Under the pieces are notes generated by a model, which made no database searches, was not told the DNA's origin, and saw only the letters and a list, made by a program, of their open reading frames with translations. Shown here piece after piece: positions 48,840-57,992 of a stretch of 64,000 nt of DNA. A program made the position numbers and the translations under genes. The stretch is from Bacteroidetes bacterium 4572_112 (GTDB lineage: Bacteria > Bacteroidota > Bacteroidia > Bacteroidales > UBA1556), in contig NIUZ01000001.1 of assembly GCA_002254285.1 (NCBI GenBank), forward strand, positions 701 through 64,700. Direction: 5' to 3'. Each line of letters begins with the position of its first letter. The stretch's first letter is position 1.

Positions 48840-49709
48840 TTAATAAGTATTCGTCATATCTTCATCAATAGCAATTATAAAGTCGGCAGACATTTGAATT
48901 TTATCATTTATGGTATCTATGTTCTCTTGCGATACAGAAGTGATGGTGGCAATTTTAAGCTCAGGATTTGCTTTCTTTAAATATAGAATAATGCTCTCGT
49001 GATTATCCGAATGGTATGATCCATTAAAATGGTAAAAGTGTTTTCCTTGCTCCCAGTTTGCTAATATAAAATGAGCCATTGTAGCATCTTTAAGAGCTTG
49101 TGCTTTCACAATATTTGTCATGCGAGCACTTTTATGTCCTCCCATTGCAGCTATCATTCCGGTATAGCAATCAGCATCTTCAAAATAATGAATAGGTAGT
49201 GGTGCTATATATCGTTTAGCTTCATCACTTAGTGAGTCTAGCGCTGTTAAACTACCTTTATTTACAATAGCAGCATATCTACGTGGTACGTTTGTAGCTA
49301 TCATTGGAATATTATTTTCTTTCGAAAATCGTAGTATTGGTGCGTAATCAGTTTCGTCATTTGGCCATAAACGAGCTTGGTCTTTAAAGTACTTATACTT
49401 TACCGCTCCCGACAAATACTCGTCTATTATTAGCTGTTGGTCTGCCTCATACATTTCAGCTCCCATTACAAAGCTATCGCCATGTTTTGCATATAATGCC
49501 TTGGCTACCTCTAGCTCTAGCCAGTGCGAAATTGCATTATTATGTAACTCACCAAAGAAAACAATATCAGCATCAGCTATTTTGTTAATTACTTTGTCAA
49601 ATTTCTGTACTTTTCCCTTATTGTTAAATATGTTGTAAGGCTTTAAATCTGAGCTCATTGCTAAAATAAATAATGCTGTGATACTCAGTAATAGTAATTT
49701 AATTTTCAT
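48840..49709 (-). CDS. ChaN-like (haem-binding uptake, Tiki superfamily) protein
   Basis: Signal peptide. DIVFFGELHNNAISHWLELEV and the MGAEMYEADQQ pattern are typical of the ChaN/Cofac_haem_bdg family. Confidence 0.65.
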   Translation of the reverse strand: MKIKLLLLSITALFILAMSSDLKPYNIFNNKGKVQKFDKVINKIADADIVFFGELHNNAISHWLELEVAKALYAKHGDSFVMGAEMYEADQQLIIDEYLSGAVKYKYFKDQARLWPNDETDYAPILRFSKENNIPMIATNVPRRYAAIVNKGSLTALDSLSDEAKRYIAPLPIHYFEDADCYTGMIAAMGGHKSARMTNIVKAQALKDATMAHFILANWEQGKHFYHFNGSYHSDNHESIILYLKKANPELKIATITSVSQENIDTINDKIQMSADFIIAIDEDMTNTY

Positions 49710-49882
49710 AGTTCTGTTTATTGGTTTATTGTGCTGCTAAAATATATAAAATATAAATATGTCTTACCTTATTAGTTTTTCTTAATAGGGTGTAGGCATA
49801 TTAATTACTATTTTACTCCTACTAAATATTATATTATCATAATTTACAGTCTTATACTAAATGGTTTAGATGTAAATATGTC

Positions 49883-49978
49883 ATCGAATTACTCTGATTA
49901 AACAAATTATTTTAATTATTTTTCGTTTGCGAAAAAATAATTAATTCGATTAATCCGTCTGCCTGTCGGTAGACAGGC
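49883..49978. repeat. REP-like palindromic element (family 2, copy 1) plus an adjacent GC hairpin
   Basis: Inverted arms atcgaatt/aattcgat flank the inner palindrome ttaattatttttcg-tttg-cgaaaaaataattaa. The hairpin gcctgtc-ggta-gacaggc follows. Related to 56402-56479. Confidence 0.7.
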
Positions 49979-50083
49979 GTAATTCAATGACCCTTTTTGA
50001 ATTGTAGTTTAATTGGTGTTAATGATTTTTATGAATCAGTTAAGATTATAGAATTATTATTTAAGATGCGTTTATCCTATTTT

Positions 50084-50210
50084 GGTATTATACCAAATTA
50101 ATATCAAAACACGCCATATAAATCGTTTATATTTCCCTATTACTGCGTTAAAAATTATTTCCATAGCTATACTTCGACATGCTCAGTACAGGCTTTTATG
50201 CAAATAATTT
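50084..50210. repeat. Composite repeat element, copy B (related to 30468-30605)
   Basis: See copy A. The 38-nt and 33-nt blocks are separated here by 52 nt. The element overlaps the stop codon (50209-50211) of the type-B T9SS cargo gene by 2 nt. Confidence 0.8.
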
Positions 50211-52755
50211 AGTTTCTAAGAATAGTAACAGTGCCTTTCATTTCGGTATCCTTACCATCAGCAAGGTATAAGTTCCAATAATAAACGCCATCTGTTAGAC
50301 TTCCACCACTCCAATCATTCTGATAGTTTGTGCTTTCGTAAACTTTCTTACCCCATCTATTATAAATAATAAGAGTAGAGTTAGGGAATGAAGAGTAAAA
50401 CTCTGGAGCACCATCACCAGTAAGCATTATCTTAAATGCATCATTTAGTCCGTCGCCATTAGGTGTAATAATATTTGGTACATCAACTTCACAATTATTT
50501 GCTGCTACCTTAATCTTATCTTTACAACCACCAACGTTTAAAGCTATTTCGTAATCTCCTGATTCTTTTTCCATAAAGAAGAAGAAATCATTTGCGGAAA
50601 CAGTATTGCCATCTTGAGTCCAAGCATATGAATAAGTATGTCCTGATGGAGGAATTGGTCCTCTAAATCTAATTCTTTGGTAAGTACATACTTCTTGATC
50701 TCCAGCAGTCCATTCAGCATTTGGCATAGGTGAGTCTTCTGCAGCCATATATGGCATACCTTCAATTATTTTATCTTGGTCAATTATATTTACAGTACCA
50801 CTACTAGTACATTTTACATTAGTACTTATTGTAGGATGACTAACCGATACAGAATATACTCCTGATTCAACTGCATGAAGTGTTTTATCTGAACTACCAT
50901 CACTCCACTCAAATACCATATCTGGATCAATAAATGGATAAACCTTATCAACATCAATAATATATGGTGCTTGTGAAGCCCAAATACATGTATCACTAAT
51001 GTTCTCTGGAGGAGTAAGTGATGCTACAGTAAAAGTATCAATATCAATACATCTAGTATTATTACCACCATCAACATATATAGAATAAATTCCTGTGTTT
51101 TGGAAAGTATGAGTTTGTGATGTTCCTAAGGAAGTACCATTATAATCAGTCCAATTATATAATTGCCCTTGTCCTGCATCAAAAGTTACACTGCCTGGTG
51201 CGCAATATGCAGTATCGGCAATAGTTCCATTAATTTCAGGTTGGTAAACAACTTCAATTTCTATAACATCAACACCTGGGCATGCCATAGTTGTTGTGCC
51301 GTCATTGGTTTTAATTGTAAGGTAGTTAGTGCCCGGTGTTAGGTTTGTTGAGTTTATTATAATACTATCTTGACCAAGTGGTGTGCCTGTTGGAACGCCA
51401 TTCATAGACCAAACATAGTTTACCGTAGTAGTATCAGCATCAGCTCTTACTACAATTTCTTCACCTTGGCATAATAATGTATCAGTTCCTATGTCAACAA
51501 GCATACCTCTTACTACTAAACAGTATGAGAATGTTTGTACTCCATTATAACCACAAGCTTCATCTTGTACTTTTACAGTAAAACATTTAGGAATTGTACT
51601 TACATCAGCAGCTGTTGGCATCCACTCAAAACTAGCGTATGCGCTATCAGTATGATCATTAATAACAGTAAATGAGGCACCTGGGATTCCATTATCCCAT
51701 GATATACTAAATTTTTCAGGATGACCAATATTACCTGGCGTAAATGTATCGGCATCATATCCATTAATATGGAATTTTATAGGGTCAATACTTCTACATT
51801 TTTCCAAATAATATAAAGTATCATTGGGGTCGTAAGTTGCAGTTAAGTTGGTGTCCATTCCACTAAGAACAGGCATTGTGTTATTACAAGCAACTACTTT
51901 CAATTGTATATCTCTATAAACGGAACCTATATTGGTCATTACGCCATTTATTTCTCTCCATTCGTCAACTCTAATACCAGTTACAGTATTTAATATTGCA
52001 GAAGGAGTAAAAGTAACGTCACCTGTTATAGGGTTAAGCATGATAGGAGTACTTGAATTTAAGAAATTTAGGTAAGTATAACCAAAATTATACATTACAG
52101 ATGTTAAATTAGGTGCAGGTCCGCTAGTATATGGAGCATAAAAAGAATATGATAATGAATCACCATCAGGGTCTTGTGCTCCGTGGTTAAATGTAAACGC
52201 TTGGTTAATACAAGTAACTGCAATAGGTTTGTTTGAAAATGTTGGTGAGCTATTACATGGTGCATCAAGGTTATTAAGTAAAGCCGGAATGAACCAATTA
52301 CCTGATGTCATTAAAGTTGTAATAGGATTACGAGCTCCACTTGTCCAATACATCGACCACTCATTACAAGGAGGCATTGTTACCGTAGCTTGATATACTA
52401 CTTCCTTAATGCCATATGGGTGTCCATTATTTGGAGAGTTTCCACCATTAAAACCACAAGAAGTTGGCACTGCCGTACAACCAGGGGTTATTTCTTGACC
52501 AGTACCAGCAATTTGTGGTAAGCCAATATCAAAATTGAAAATAGGATTACTAGCGCAAGAAAAATGAATTGTTGCTGGGTCTGGAGGTACTATTCCACTA
52601 CAATCTTTATAGAAAGATAATGTGATTAAGTAGGTGCTTCCTCCTAAACAAGTATAAGTTAAATCTGCACCAGCAAAGTGTGATGCTTCTGCAGACTTAT
52701 TAATACCCATTAATAGGAAAATGCTAATGCTCAAATAAACTAATAATTTCTTCAT
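50209..52755 (-). CDS. Large secreted protein with a type-B T9SS (gliding-motility-associated, CHU_C-type) C-terminal domain
   Basis: Signal peptide. Cys-rich Ig-like modules. C-terminus VPNIITPNGDGLNDAFKI...IYNRWGKKVYES..Y.NDW.G....DGVYYW is the type-B CTD signature. Confidence 0.8.
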   Translation of the reverse strand: MKKLLVYLSISIFLLMGINKSAEASHFAGADLTYTCLGGSTYLITLSFYKDCSGIVPPDPATIHFSCASNPIFNFDIGLPQIAGTGQEITPGCTAVPTSCGFNGGNSPNNGHPYGIKEVVYQATVTMPPCNEWSMYWTSGARNPITTLMTSGNWFIPALLNNLDAPCNSSPTFSNKPIAVTCINQAFTFNHGAQDPDGDSLSYSFYAPYTSGPAPNLTSVMYNFGYTYLNFLNSSTPIMLNPITGDVTFTPSAILNTVTGIRVDEWREINGVMTNIGSVYRDIQLKVVACNNTMPVLSGMDTNLTATYDPNDTLYYLEKCRSIDPIKFHINGYDADTFTPGNIGHPEKFSISWDNGIPGASFTVINDHTDSAYASFEWMPTAADVSTIPKCFTVKVQDEACGYNGVQTFSYCLVVRGMLVDIGTDTLLCQGEEIVVRADADTTTVNYVWSMNGVPTGTPLGQDSIIINSTNLTPGTNYLTIKTNDGTTTMACPGVDVIEIEVVYQPEINGTIADTAYCAPGSVTFDAGQGQLYNWTDYNGTSLGTSQTHTFQNTGIYSIYVDGGNNTRCIDIDTFTVASLTPPENISDTCIWASQAPYIIDVDKVYPFIDPDMVFEWSDGSSDKTLHAVESGVYSVSVSHPTISTNVKCTSSGTVNIIDQDKIIEGMPYMAAEDSPMPNAEWTAGDQEVCTYQRIRFRGPIPPSGHTYSYAWTQDGNTVSANDFFFFMEKESGDYEIALNVGGCKDKIKVAANNCEVDVPNIITPNGDGLNDAFKIMLTGDGAPEFYSSFPNSTLIIYNRWGKKVYESTNYQNDWSGGSLTDGVYYWNLYLADGKDTEMKGTVTILRN

Positions 52756-53098
52756 AAAATTGATATATTGTGTTGTTATTATTCTAAAAAATTAATTATT
52801 TTAACTCGTGTTATATTTACAAAAATTCTGACATTATATTTGCGAAAAGGTTTAATAATAGTAAAATATTAATTAAACAAATTAGCTACTGTTAATAATC
52901 ATTTTATCAATAATGTATTGTACTGGATTTAGTTAATACATATAGATGCTTGTCAAAATTTACACTACTTGTTAAAAACATAATCTTATTGTCATATTAT
53001 ATTTATAGCAGGCACAAAGGTAATACATAAATATCAAACTGTTATGATTGTTTTGCATACTTAATTTGTGATCAAAAATAGATGCTTACATAGCAATG

Positions 53099-53707
53099 TT
53101 AGTTTGTATTATTGTCAATGTTTTGCTTCCAACTAATATAACCCATTACGGCAATTACTAAGAAAATAGAATACTGTACAGATGTGAGAGCTAGTCCTTT
53201 ATATGCGTATAGTGGTATGGAGATAGCGTCACCAATTATCCATAATGTCCAGTTTTCAATTTTCTTTAGCGACATTAGCCACATTCCTATTAAAAATATA
53301 GATGTAGTAATTGAATCAATATTAGGAACCGTACTATCAGTGTAATTGATAAGAATATACCTGATAATTACGAAAAATACTACACCCAAAATGCTTAAGT
53401 ATATTTTCTCGTTTTTGGTAGTTCTTGAAATTGCTCGAGTTTCAGCTTTTCCCTTTTGATGAGTCCAATTATACCATCCATAAACGCTCATAATTAGATA
53501 AAAAGCATTTATGCCCATATCGGCATATAAGCCAAATTTTTGGCAGATATATACATATATTATTACGCTAATAATTCCTGTAGGAAAAACCAGAATATTT
53601 TCTTTTCGAGCATATATTACGCTCAATAATCCAAACACTACAGCTATTACCTCAATAATAGTTGTTTGTTGTGCATTTTGAATTATTATGTTAATTATCG
53701 AGTCCAT
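53099..53707 (-). CDS. pnuC: Nicotinamide riboside transporter PnuC
   Basis: About 7 TM segments. E.IAV.FGLLSV.YARKENI..FP.GIISV..Y and YGWYNW motifs. Confidence 0.82.
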   Translation of the reverse strand: MDSIINIIIQNAQQTTIIEVIAVVFGLLSVIYARKENILVFPTGIISVIIYVYICQKFGLYADMGINAFYLIMSVYGWYNWTHQKGKAETRAISRTTKNEKIYLSILGVVFFVIIRYILINYTDSTVPNIDSITTSIFLIGMWLMSLKKIENWTLWIIGDAISIPLYAYKGLALTSVQYSIFLVIAVMGYISWKQNIDNNTN

Positions 53708-53876
53708 TATATCTATTGTAAATATTGGTATTATAAATTTGCTGCGAATGTAGTTATATTATGTAAAAATTAAGGTTTTTAATGTAGTTTTTATAAAATA
53801 TCCAAATACTGAGTATTTTGCCATAACTTTGCACCCTAATAGTCAATCAAAATTATAACTATAAATAATTATAAAT

Positions 53877-54344
53877 ATGGGTGCTAAAGTATATAAAAGT
53901 GAGTATAAGAATACGCCTTATAATGCTGCAAATGTATTCGTACATCTTTCGACTTTTGATTTTCTAAATTTTGTTTTTAGTACCGAAAATATCGAAAGAA
54001 TAAAAGGTGAAGCTGGCCAAAAGGCTTCAAATTTTCATGTGAAAAAATATTCAGTAGATAAGGAATCATGTGAGTTTACAATAAATCCCATTGGTACCAT
54101 TTCCCTAGTTTTTGTTGATAAAAAAGCTCCTTACCATATTCAAATCAAAAATATTAAAGGCCCTCTTAAATTTAATTTAGATATTGATATACAGACTATT
54201 GATGCCGACAGTTGTAAGCTGCAAGTAGTATTATCAGCTGAGCTGAATATGATGATGCAAATGATGATTGGTAAGAAAGTAGATAAGGTGGTGGATAAAA
54301 TTGCAGAATCGCTTTCGTTAATTCCTTTTGATAAATTAGCTTAA
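53877..54344 (+). CDS. Hypothetical protein, possibly SRPBCC/START-like fold
   Basis: 155 aa. The predicted pattern (beta, two helices, about six strands, then a long C-terminal helix MMMQMMIGKKVDKVVDKIAESL) is consistent with SRPBCC. This is a guess from sequence pattern only. Confidence 0.4.
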   Translation: MGAKVYKSEYKNTPYNAANVFVHLSTFDFLNFVFSTENIERIKGEAGQKASNFHVKKYSVDKESCEFTINPIGTISLVFVDKKAPYHIQIKNIKGPLKFNLDIDIQTIDADSCKLQVVLSAELNMMMQMMIGKKVDKVVDKIAESLSLIPFDKLA

Positions 54345-54380
54345 AATTATAAGTATTATTAGTCCTATTTATTCTATTGA

Positions 54381-56192
54381 ATGCAAAAAATACTCTTAAA
54401 CTACCTTCCTCCTTCAGATATTTATACGCCATCAGCGGCTTTATCTATTCTTAAAAGCTTTATGCTTGAGCATGACTTTGATACTGATATTAAGTATTGG
54501 AATTTGCTATTTAAACCAGTATTGCCATTACAAGATAGTGACGAAATTGAGGAAGCAATAATCCCATTTGTATCAATTTTAAATGACCAGTTTACTAATG
54601 ATGAGGGCAATGATAAAGCAGCACAATTACTACATTCACTATTGTCGGAAAGTGAGCAGCATGATTTAATTTATTATAAGAAGCTGCTTATCAGCACAAA
54701 GAAAGATATTTTCAGAATTATAAATAAGGAATTGTCGCAGCTCAACTTCTCAGATATTTTGCTCTTTGGAGTGAGCTCTAAGTTTCATCAGTGGATTCCA
54801 GGAATGATTCTGTGTCAGGAGGTAAAAAAAATATCGCCAAACACGGCTACCGTTGTGGGTGGTTTTGGCAGCGTTCAATCTGCTGTGGAAGCCATGAAAA
54901 TGAACCCCGATTTTGATTTTGCCACTTGGGGCGAAGGCGAATATCCTTTGCTTGAGCTTAGTAAGCAACTCAAAGCTTCGGAGCAAGATTTCAATGAAGT
55001 ACCACGCTTGATATTTCGTGAGAATGGTAAAATACAGATTTCTACCACAAATAGAAGTGAGTATCTTGATATGCAGGATTATATGATTCCTAATTATGAT
55101 GATTATTTTGAGAATTATCCTGTTACAGAAGAGAAATATAAGATAGTAATTCCCATAAATTCGAGTAGGGCCTGCTCATGGAATAAGTGCAAATTCTGCG
55201 ACTATAACAGAGGTTATAAATACCGTGCTCGTACTGCCGAATGTATTATTAGTGAGGTGGAGCAGATAGCTCGAAAGCACAAAAGTGCTTGTTTCTCTTT
55301 TGTGGATAACGATATTTATGTAAATCCCGAGCATTTTGAACATCTGCTGGATTTAATGATAGAATCCATAAATAAGCATAATTTTGATTATGAATTTTGG
55401 GCAGAGATGATTCCCAATGAAAAACTTACTGCTCCAACTCTTAAAAAAATGCAGCAAGCTGGCTTTAGCCAAATTTTTGATACCCTACTTGAGAAAATGG
55501 CAAAGAGCAACACTTTTTCTAGCAATATTCTGTTTTTGAAGTTCTCTTTAAAAAACGAGATTTACCCTTTGGTAAATATTATTAAAGGTGTGCTTGGCGA
55601 AACTGCTGGTGATGTAATTGAGAGTATGGCGAATCTGTATTTTCTTAGATTTTTCTATAATAAGGAAGAGTATTCGCTTTATCATGAGTATGTTACTTTG
55701 GTGGTTTCAAATATGACTAAATATTATACTATGCTGTCGGCAGAGCAGCGAGCAGAGTATAATACTAATAAGCTTACGGATATGCTACCAAGGCATTTCT
55801 CAGAAGGCGATTCAAGATTTAGCCTTTTTCGTTGGCAAAAACAGAAAGTGGATAATCATAAACAATGGGCAGCAATACAGCTTAAGGAAGAGTATTATGC
55901 TGAAAATATCCATACTTATAAAATTAATGAGCAAGAAGCCATTATTGAGTTTACAGAATTTGTAAATGATAAGCATACTGCAACTTATAAGCTGGATAAG
56001 GAAACTGATTGGCAGATTTTGAAATTAGCAAATGAGCAGATTATGAGCTTTGAGGATATGCTTTCGCAAATGCAAACTCTTAAACCTGATTTTAATTCTG
56101 AGGATTTGAAAAAACATCTTAGCCGATTAAAAGAGATTCACCTACTGTATTGTGATAAGAATTTCTCTGGGATTATTTCGGTGATTGGTTGA
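54381..56192 (+). CDS. B12-binding-domain radical SAM protein resembling the RiPP-maturation radical SAM family
   Basis: N-terminus LLNYLPPSDIYTPSAALSILKSFMLEHDFDTDIKYWNLLF resembles the family N-terminus (MPF....PSLGLSLLKA.L...G....V.Y.NL.F). Cys cluster SRACSWNKCKFCDYN (nt 55173-55199). NIIKGVLGET (the family's N.I.GFPGET motif). Confidence 0.7.
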   Translation: MQKILLNYLPPSDIYTPSAALSILKSFMLEHDFDTDIKYWNLLFKPVLPLQDSDEIEEAIIPFVSILNDQFTNDEGNDKAAQLLHSLLSESEQHDLIYYKKLLISTKKDIFRIINKELSQLNFSDILLFGVSSKFHQWIPGMILCQEVKKISPNTATVVGGFGSVQSAVEAMKMNPDFDFATWGEGEYPLLELSKQLKASEQDFNEVPRLIFRENGKIQISTTNRSEYLDMQDYMIPNYDDYFENYPVTEEKYKIVIPINSSRACSWNKCKFCDYNRGYKYRARTAECIISEVEQIARKHKSACFSFVDNDIYVNPEHFEHLLDLMIESINKHNFDYEFWAEMIPNEKLTAPTLKKMQQAGFSQIFDTLLEKMAKSNTFSSNILFLKFSLKNEIYPLVNIIKGVLGETAGDVIESMANLYFLRFFYNKEEYSLYHEYVTLVVSNMTKYYTMLSAEQRAEYNTNKLTDMLPRHFSEGDSRFSLFRWQKQKVDNHKQWAAIQLKEEYYAENIHTYKINEQEAIIEFTEFVNDKHTATYKLDKETDWQILKLANEQIMSFEDMLSQMQTLKPDFNSEDLKKHLSRLKEIHLLYCDKNFSGIISVIG

Positions 56193-56401
56193 TAAAGGTT
56201 GAAGTGGTTTAGAAAAAAAGGTTGAAAAAGGTTTAATTTACTGCTAACAGATAGGTTGTTATGGCTTCAATGTTAATTTTAGTTCATCATATTCGATAAC
56301 TTAAATTCTATTATCACGCGATTTATTTAAATTTCAAATCCTAGTTTAGCAAATATAGTATTTAGTTAATCAAAGATTTTATTATAACAAAAAAAAGGTA
56401 T

Positions 56402-56479
56402 CCACGAATTACACTAATTAGCACGAATTATTTTTCGCTAGCGGAAAATAAACTTCGTGGAGATTCGTGTAATTTATGG
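56402..56479. repeat. REP-like palindromic element (family 2, copy 2)
   Basis: Nested inverted repeats ccacgaattacac / gtgtaatttatgg and cacgaatt / acttcgtgg surround the centre tttttcg-ctag-cggaaaa. It shares cgaattac.ct.att.a...aattatttttcg....cg.aaaa.aa with 49883-49950. Confidence 0.7.
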
Positions 56480-56535
56480 ATAAACTAGTTTGAGCAAGGC
56501 AAAGCCTTGTGAAAACAGATTATTTAATTAATTGA

Positions 56536-56569
56536 AAAAGTCCCATTTCAATAAAGAAATGGGACTTTT
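56536..56569. terminator. Strong bidirectional hairpin in the ORF-free region between the rSAM gene and arcB
   Basis: A 13-bp perfect stem, aaaagtcccattt / aaatgggactttt (loop caataaag), with A/T runs on both sides. Confidence 0.7.
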
Positions 56570-56865
56570 GTATATTAATAGATCTTCTAGAAAATCAATG
56601 TTCTATTTTGCGAGTTTTTGAAAAGAAAGCGACATAGACGAGGCTTTTGAAGTTTTTGAAATAAGGAGTTTACATTTTGTAATCGACTGTTTCAAAAACG
56701 AAAATAACGAAGTAATACCAATTGTTATTTAAAATGCGCTAAAGTGCATTTTAAATTTACAATGGTTTATGCCGAGATTAAATCAAAACTCTTTTAGAAG
56801 TGAATGAACTAAAAGAGCGTATTGATTTTTAATCGGTATAAATGTTGTTTTCTATCAAAAACTAA

Positions 56866-57867
56866 TTAAGCTCCTAAAGTAGCAACCATTACAGCTTTAA
56901 TAGTATGCTGTCTGTTTTCTGCTTCGTCAAAAACGATGCTTGCAGGGCCTTCAAATACCTCTTCAGTAACCTCAAGACCATCTAAACCAAACTTCTGGAA
57001 AATCTCTTCGCCAACTTTAGTGTCGCGGTTGTGGAATGCTGGTAAACAGTGCATGAATTTTACATCAGGATTACCTGTTGCGTCCATTGCAGCTTGGTTT
57101 ACTTGGTATGGTTGAAGCAATTCAATACGCTCTTTCCAAACTTCGTCAGCCTCGCCCATGCTTACCCATACGTCAGTATAAAGGAAATCACAGTCCTTAA
57201 CACCAGCGTTTAAGTCGTCAGTGATAGTAATTGTTGCACCAGTTTCTTTAGCTATTTCTTGTGCTTGAGCTATAAGCTCAGCAGATGGCTGTACAGCCTT
57301 TGGAGCTACAGCACGGAAATCCATTCCCATTTTTGCAGCACCAATCATTAGTGAATTACCCATATTATTCTGAGCATCACCTAGGTAAGCAAATTTAACT
57401 TGGTTCAATGGCTTATCGCTATGCTCCATCATTGTAAGGAAGTCAGCAAGAATTTGAGTAGGGTGGAACTCAGTTGTTAAACCGTTCCAAACAGGAACTC
57501 CTGCATGTGCACCTAGCTCTTCTACAATCTCTTGGCCAAAACCACGGTACTCAATACCATCATACATACGACCCAATACGCGAGCAGTATCTTTCATGGT
57601 TTCTTTAACACCAATTTGCGATCCTGAAGGGCCTAAATAAGTTACGTGACCACCTTGATCGTGAACTGCAGTTTCGAAAGCACAACGTGTACGTGTTGAT
57701 GCTTTTTCGAAAATTAAAGCAATGTTTTTACCCTTCAAGCGATGAGTTTCAGTGCCTGTATATTTTGCCTTTTTAAGATCTAATGATAAATCTAAAAGAA
57801 ATTTGATATCCTTTGGGCTTAAGTCTAAAAGCTTAAGGAAGTTTTGATTTTTTAAGTTATAAGCCAT
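56866..57867 (-). CDS. arcB: Ornithine carbamoyltransferase (probably catabolic)
   Basis: STRTR, HPTQ, DVWVSMG and HCLPAFH motifs. Adjacent to carbamate kinase. Confidence 0.92.
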   Translation of the reverse strand: MAYNLKNQNFLKLLDLSPKDIKFLLDLSLDLKKAKYTGTETHRLKGKNIALIFEKASTRTRCAFETAVHDQGGHVTYLGPSGSQIGVKETMKDTARVLGRMYDGIEYRGFGQEIVEELGAHAGVPVWNGLTTEFHPTQILADFLTMMEHSDKPLNQVKFAYLGDAQNNMGNSLMIGAAKMGMDFRAVAPKAVQPSAELIAQAQEIAKETGATITITDDLNAGVKDCDFLYTDVWVSMGEADEVWKERIELLQPYQVNQAAMDATGNPDVKFMHCLPAFHNRDTKVGEEIFQKFGLDGLEVTEEVFEGPASIVFDEAENRQHTIKAVMVATLGA

Positions 57868-57992
57868 AATTTCTATTTGTTATATTATTCAAAAAAATGT
57901 TATCTATTTTTTAGCTCCACAAATGTAATTCTTTTTGTGTTTCTCAAATGTTATTTATCTTAGCACAAAGCACAAAAAAACTATTGCAAATC

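Noticed and set aside
53708-53876. Possible riboswitch in the pnuC leader (NAD- or thiamine-related)
   Set aside because: The region is extremely AT-rich. I could find no conserved-looking helices or known riboswitch core sequences.
56261-56299. 12-codon ORF (MASMLILVHHIR) downstream of the radical SAM gene as a possible RiPP precursor
   Set aside because: It is too short and hydrophobic, has no leader-like region and no support beyond proximity. It cannot be distinguished from chance.
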